Origin: Macrostomum lignano
Lineage: Eukaryota
Assembly: GCA_002269645.1 (NCBI GenBank)
Contig: NIVC01002077.1
Coordinates: 1 to 64,000, forward strand
DNA: 64,000 nucleotides
Reading direction: 5' to 3'
The notes below the pieces were generated by a model. That model was not told where the DNA came from. It saw only the letters and a list, made by a program, of their open reading frames with translations, and did not search any database. A program made the position numbers and the translations under genes. Each line of letters opens with the position of its first letter. The stretch's first letter is position 1. Positions 61,020 to 64,000 of this stretch are shown here, in pieces.

Positions 61020-61978
61020 GAGAACTTCCAGCAGGAAGTTTTCCCGCGGCGAGCTTTTCCCGCGGCGAGGTTTTCCCACGGCGAGGTTTTCCCACGGCGA
61101 GGTTTTCCTGCAGCGAGGTTTCCCACGGCGAGCTTTTCCGCAGGAGGTTTGCCCGCAGGGTTTTTACAATCGGAATTTCAAGTCAAATCCAGTCTATAGA
61201 CAGTGCTGGACTAGATTAGAACTAGCTAGACTAGACTAGACTAGACTAGATTAGGCTAGACATAAACTAGACTAGATTAAAAACTAGACTAGATTAAAAA
61301 CTAGACTAGATTGAAAACTAGACTAGATTAAAAACTAGACTAGATTGAAAACTCGACTAGATTGAAAACTCGACTAGATTGAAAACTAGACTAGATTAAA
61401 AACTAGACTAGATTAAAAACTAGACTAGATTAAAAACTAGACTAGATTAAAAACTAGAGTAGATTGAAACTAGATTAGATTAAAAACTAGACTAGATTAA
61501 AAACTAGACTAGATTGAAAATCAACTAGATTGAAAAGTAGACTAGATTGAAAACTAGACTAGATTAGAACTAGACTAGATTAGAACTAGACTAGATTAGA
61601 ACTAGACTAGATTAGAACTAGACTAGATTAGAACTAGACTAGATTAGAACTAGACTAGATTAGAACTAGACTAGATTAGAACTAGACTAGATTAGAACTA
61701 GACTAGATTAGAACTAGACTAGATTAGAACTAGACTAGATTAGAACTAGACTAGATTAGAACTAGACTAGATTAGAACTAGACTAGATTAGAACTAGACT
61801 AGATTAGAACTAGACTAGATTAGAACTAGACTAGATTAGAACTAGACTAGATTAGAACTAGACTAGATTAGAACTAGACTAGACTAGATTTCAAATGCGA
61901 TTGGATTTGACTTGAAATTCCGGCTGTAAAAACCCTGCGGGAAAACCTCGGTGAGAAAATTTCCTGTGCGAAATTCTC
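61020..61978. mobile_element. Mirror copy of the foldback-like element with a much shorter internal CTAG array (61255-61890)
   Basis: Same inverted termini as 13078-15859; about 0.96 kb versus about 2.8 kb. Confidence 0.45.
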
Positions 61979-62334
61979 ATAGACCCGCTGGTTTTTCTTA
62001 CCTGTAGCGTCTGCAGCCATGTCAAACTCATTCTCATCGTCGGATCCCGAGTCGTCAATATCTTTAAATTGTTTTACGAGTTCGTTGAACATCTCCAAGG
62101 CTGGGACAGTCTTACATGTAGTTTGGTCGCGAGTTCGAAGCTTCTTGCGATTGTGGCGGAGATTCCTCCGGAGAATGCTTCTGGGAGCAGTTGTAGCAAC
62201 ATGCCTCTGAGCTGCAGAACCAAATCTGTCTCCCAGCCAATCAGTGGAGCGACATCCAGCTGAGTAGGGTTGCACGAAAACGAATTAAAGTAAAGGCTGC
62301 CGCCTCGCGTGAAACTGGAACTGCCTGTAGAAAT

Positions 62335-63135
62335 TGCCCCTGTCTCTTGGTGGGCGCCCCTGTCTCTTGGTGGGCGCCCCTGTCTCTTGGTGGGCGCCCC
62401 TGTCTCTTGGTGGGCGCCCCTGTCTCTTGGTGGGCGCCCCTGTCTCTTGGTGGGCGCCCCTGTCTCTTGGTGGGCGCCCCTGTCTCTTGGTGGGCGCCCC
62501 TGTCTCTTGGTGGGCGCCCCTGTCTCTTGGTGGGCGCCCCTGTCTCTTGGTGGGCGCCCCTGTCTCTTGGTGGGCGCCCCTGTCTCTTGGTGGGCGCCCC
62601 TGTCTCTTGGTGGGCGCCCCTGTCTCTTGGTGGGCGCCCCTGTCTCTTGGTGGGCGTCCCTGTTTCTTGGTGGGCCCCCTGTCTCTTGGTGGGCGCCCCT
62701 GGCTCTTGGTGGGCGCCCCTGTCTCTTGGTGGGTCCACTTGTCTCTTGGTGGGCGCCCCTGTCACTTGGTGGGCCCCTGTCTCTTGGTGGGCGCCCCTGT
62801 CTCTTGGTGGGCCCCTCTGTCTCTTGGTGGGCGCCCCTGTCTCTTTTTGGGTCCACTTGTCTCTTGGTGGGCGCCCCTGTCTCTTGGTGGGCGCCCCTGT
62901 CTCTTTTTGGGTCCACTTGTCTCTTGGTGGGCGCCCCTGTCTCTTGGTGGGCGCCCCTGTCTCTTGGTGGGCCCCCCTGTCTCTTGGTGGGCGTCCCTGT
63001 CTCTTGGTGGGTCCACTTGTCTCTTGGTGGGCGCCCCTGTTTCTTGGTGGTCGCCCCTGTCTCTTGGTGGGCACCCCTGTCTCTTGGTGGGCGCCCCCTG
63101 TCTCTTGGTGGGTGCCCCTGTCTCTTGGTGGGCGA
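62335..63135. repeat. 20-nt minisatellite (CCCCTGTCTCTTGGTGGGCG)n, mirror of 12233-12715
   Basis: About 40 units, the first about 15 essentially perfect. Confidence 0.95.
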
Positions 63136-64000
63136 CCTCGATTCCTTGTGAGCCGTCTTCTAACTCATCTCTTTAAGCACCAACCATTTGAAGCACCACA
63201 CAAAGGTTTAGCTAAATATGCAGTTTCTTTTTATCATTGATAATCAATAGAAATCAATTCAAACAAATGAGCACTTCCTTTGAGCACTTCCTTTGATGCG
63301 CTGTCTTTTCTTTGTTGAAATTCGAATTTAATAGAGCCTTTTCAGGCGTGTTAAAGGTCTAAATTGCAAGCTCCCAAAGCAAAGAGCTGATGTTAATCAA
63401 AATATGTTGATTAAAACTCCACGAATTTTTTTAAATTAAAAATTGCATAGCACTTTACTATTTACACTACTGACAAGCACGGAAGCAGCTCAAATAAGTA
63501 GCATGTCGAGCACATGCGCAATCTTGAATAAAATATTTATCGGACAGTGAACGTCGGAGATCTGCATGTACCCCAACATGCACAGCAATATGAGCCAATA
63601 TAAGCCTTCAATTAAGTTGTACAATTTGCTGATAAAAGGTACGAATGCCCTACAGTCCAGAGGCACAAATTGCAAACAATACGACTTTCTTATCAGAATT
63701 TTCTTATCAACACAGTCGGGGCGGGTCATTGAAGTGAACTTCAAAGGAATTACGAGTTTAATTGCGAACCCATTCTCTTTGATGTTTCACCGACAAGTCC
63801 ATAATTTTGAGTCAACTCTCCCAGGCTTGCGTCTCGGAGAACTCGGAGAGTGTTAAACCTTTTTAACTTAACTGCAAATGTCGATTTCATCTTTGGGTTT
63901 TCGGGATTCTTGCAGGATTTCGAGATTCTCACAGAATTTCAGGATTCTTACAGAATTTCGGGGTTCTTGCAGGACTTCAAGATTCTTGCAGGATTTCAAG

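Overview
Animal genomic DNA, not prokaryotic: GT-AG introns, GC3-rich exons and AT-rich, minisatellite-filled intergenic DNA. The style resembles a free-living flatworm such as Macrostomum (inference only). The dominant structure is a large inverted duplication. About 11.4-33.96 kb is mirrored at about 41.95-64 kb, and the right arm runs off the window end. Each arm carries a 3-exon glutaminase and a 3-exon DEG/ENaC channel. The arms surround a roughly 7-kb single-copy centre with three co-oriented genes (a 5'-incomplete NCLX/SLC8B1-like exchanger, ATG10, ARMC7). The left junction is a GC-rich minisatellite running into a 196-N gap, so an assembly artefact must be excluded. Left of the duplication are a 4-exon asparaginase (ASPG type, with ankyrin repeats), a decayed PIF/Harbinger element with a strikingly conserved target site, and an IS630/Tc1-like relic. 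Best leads: (1) a 75-bp inverted repeat tightly bracketing the 1193-nt channel exon 2 (circRNA or exon-looping architecture); (2) the palindrome, whose inner part is near-identical while the outer part is clearly diverged; (3) the Harbinger target site; (4) the repeat-locked NCLX-ATG10-ARMC7 cluster, which looks operon-like. No CRISPR array, rRNA or tRNA was recognised. Most long ORFs in the supplied track are tandem-repeat or antisense artefacts. Exon models and alignments were done by eye, and repeat boundaries are approximate.
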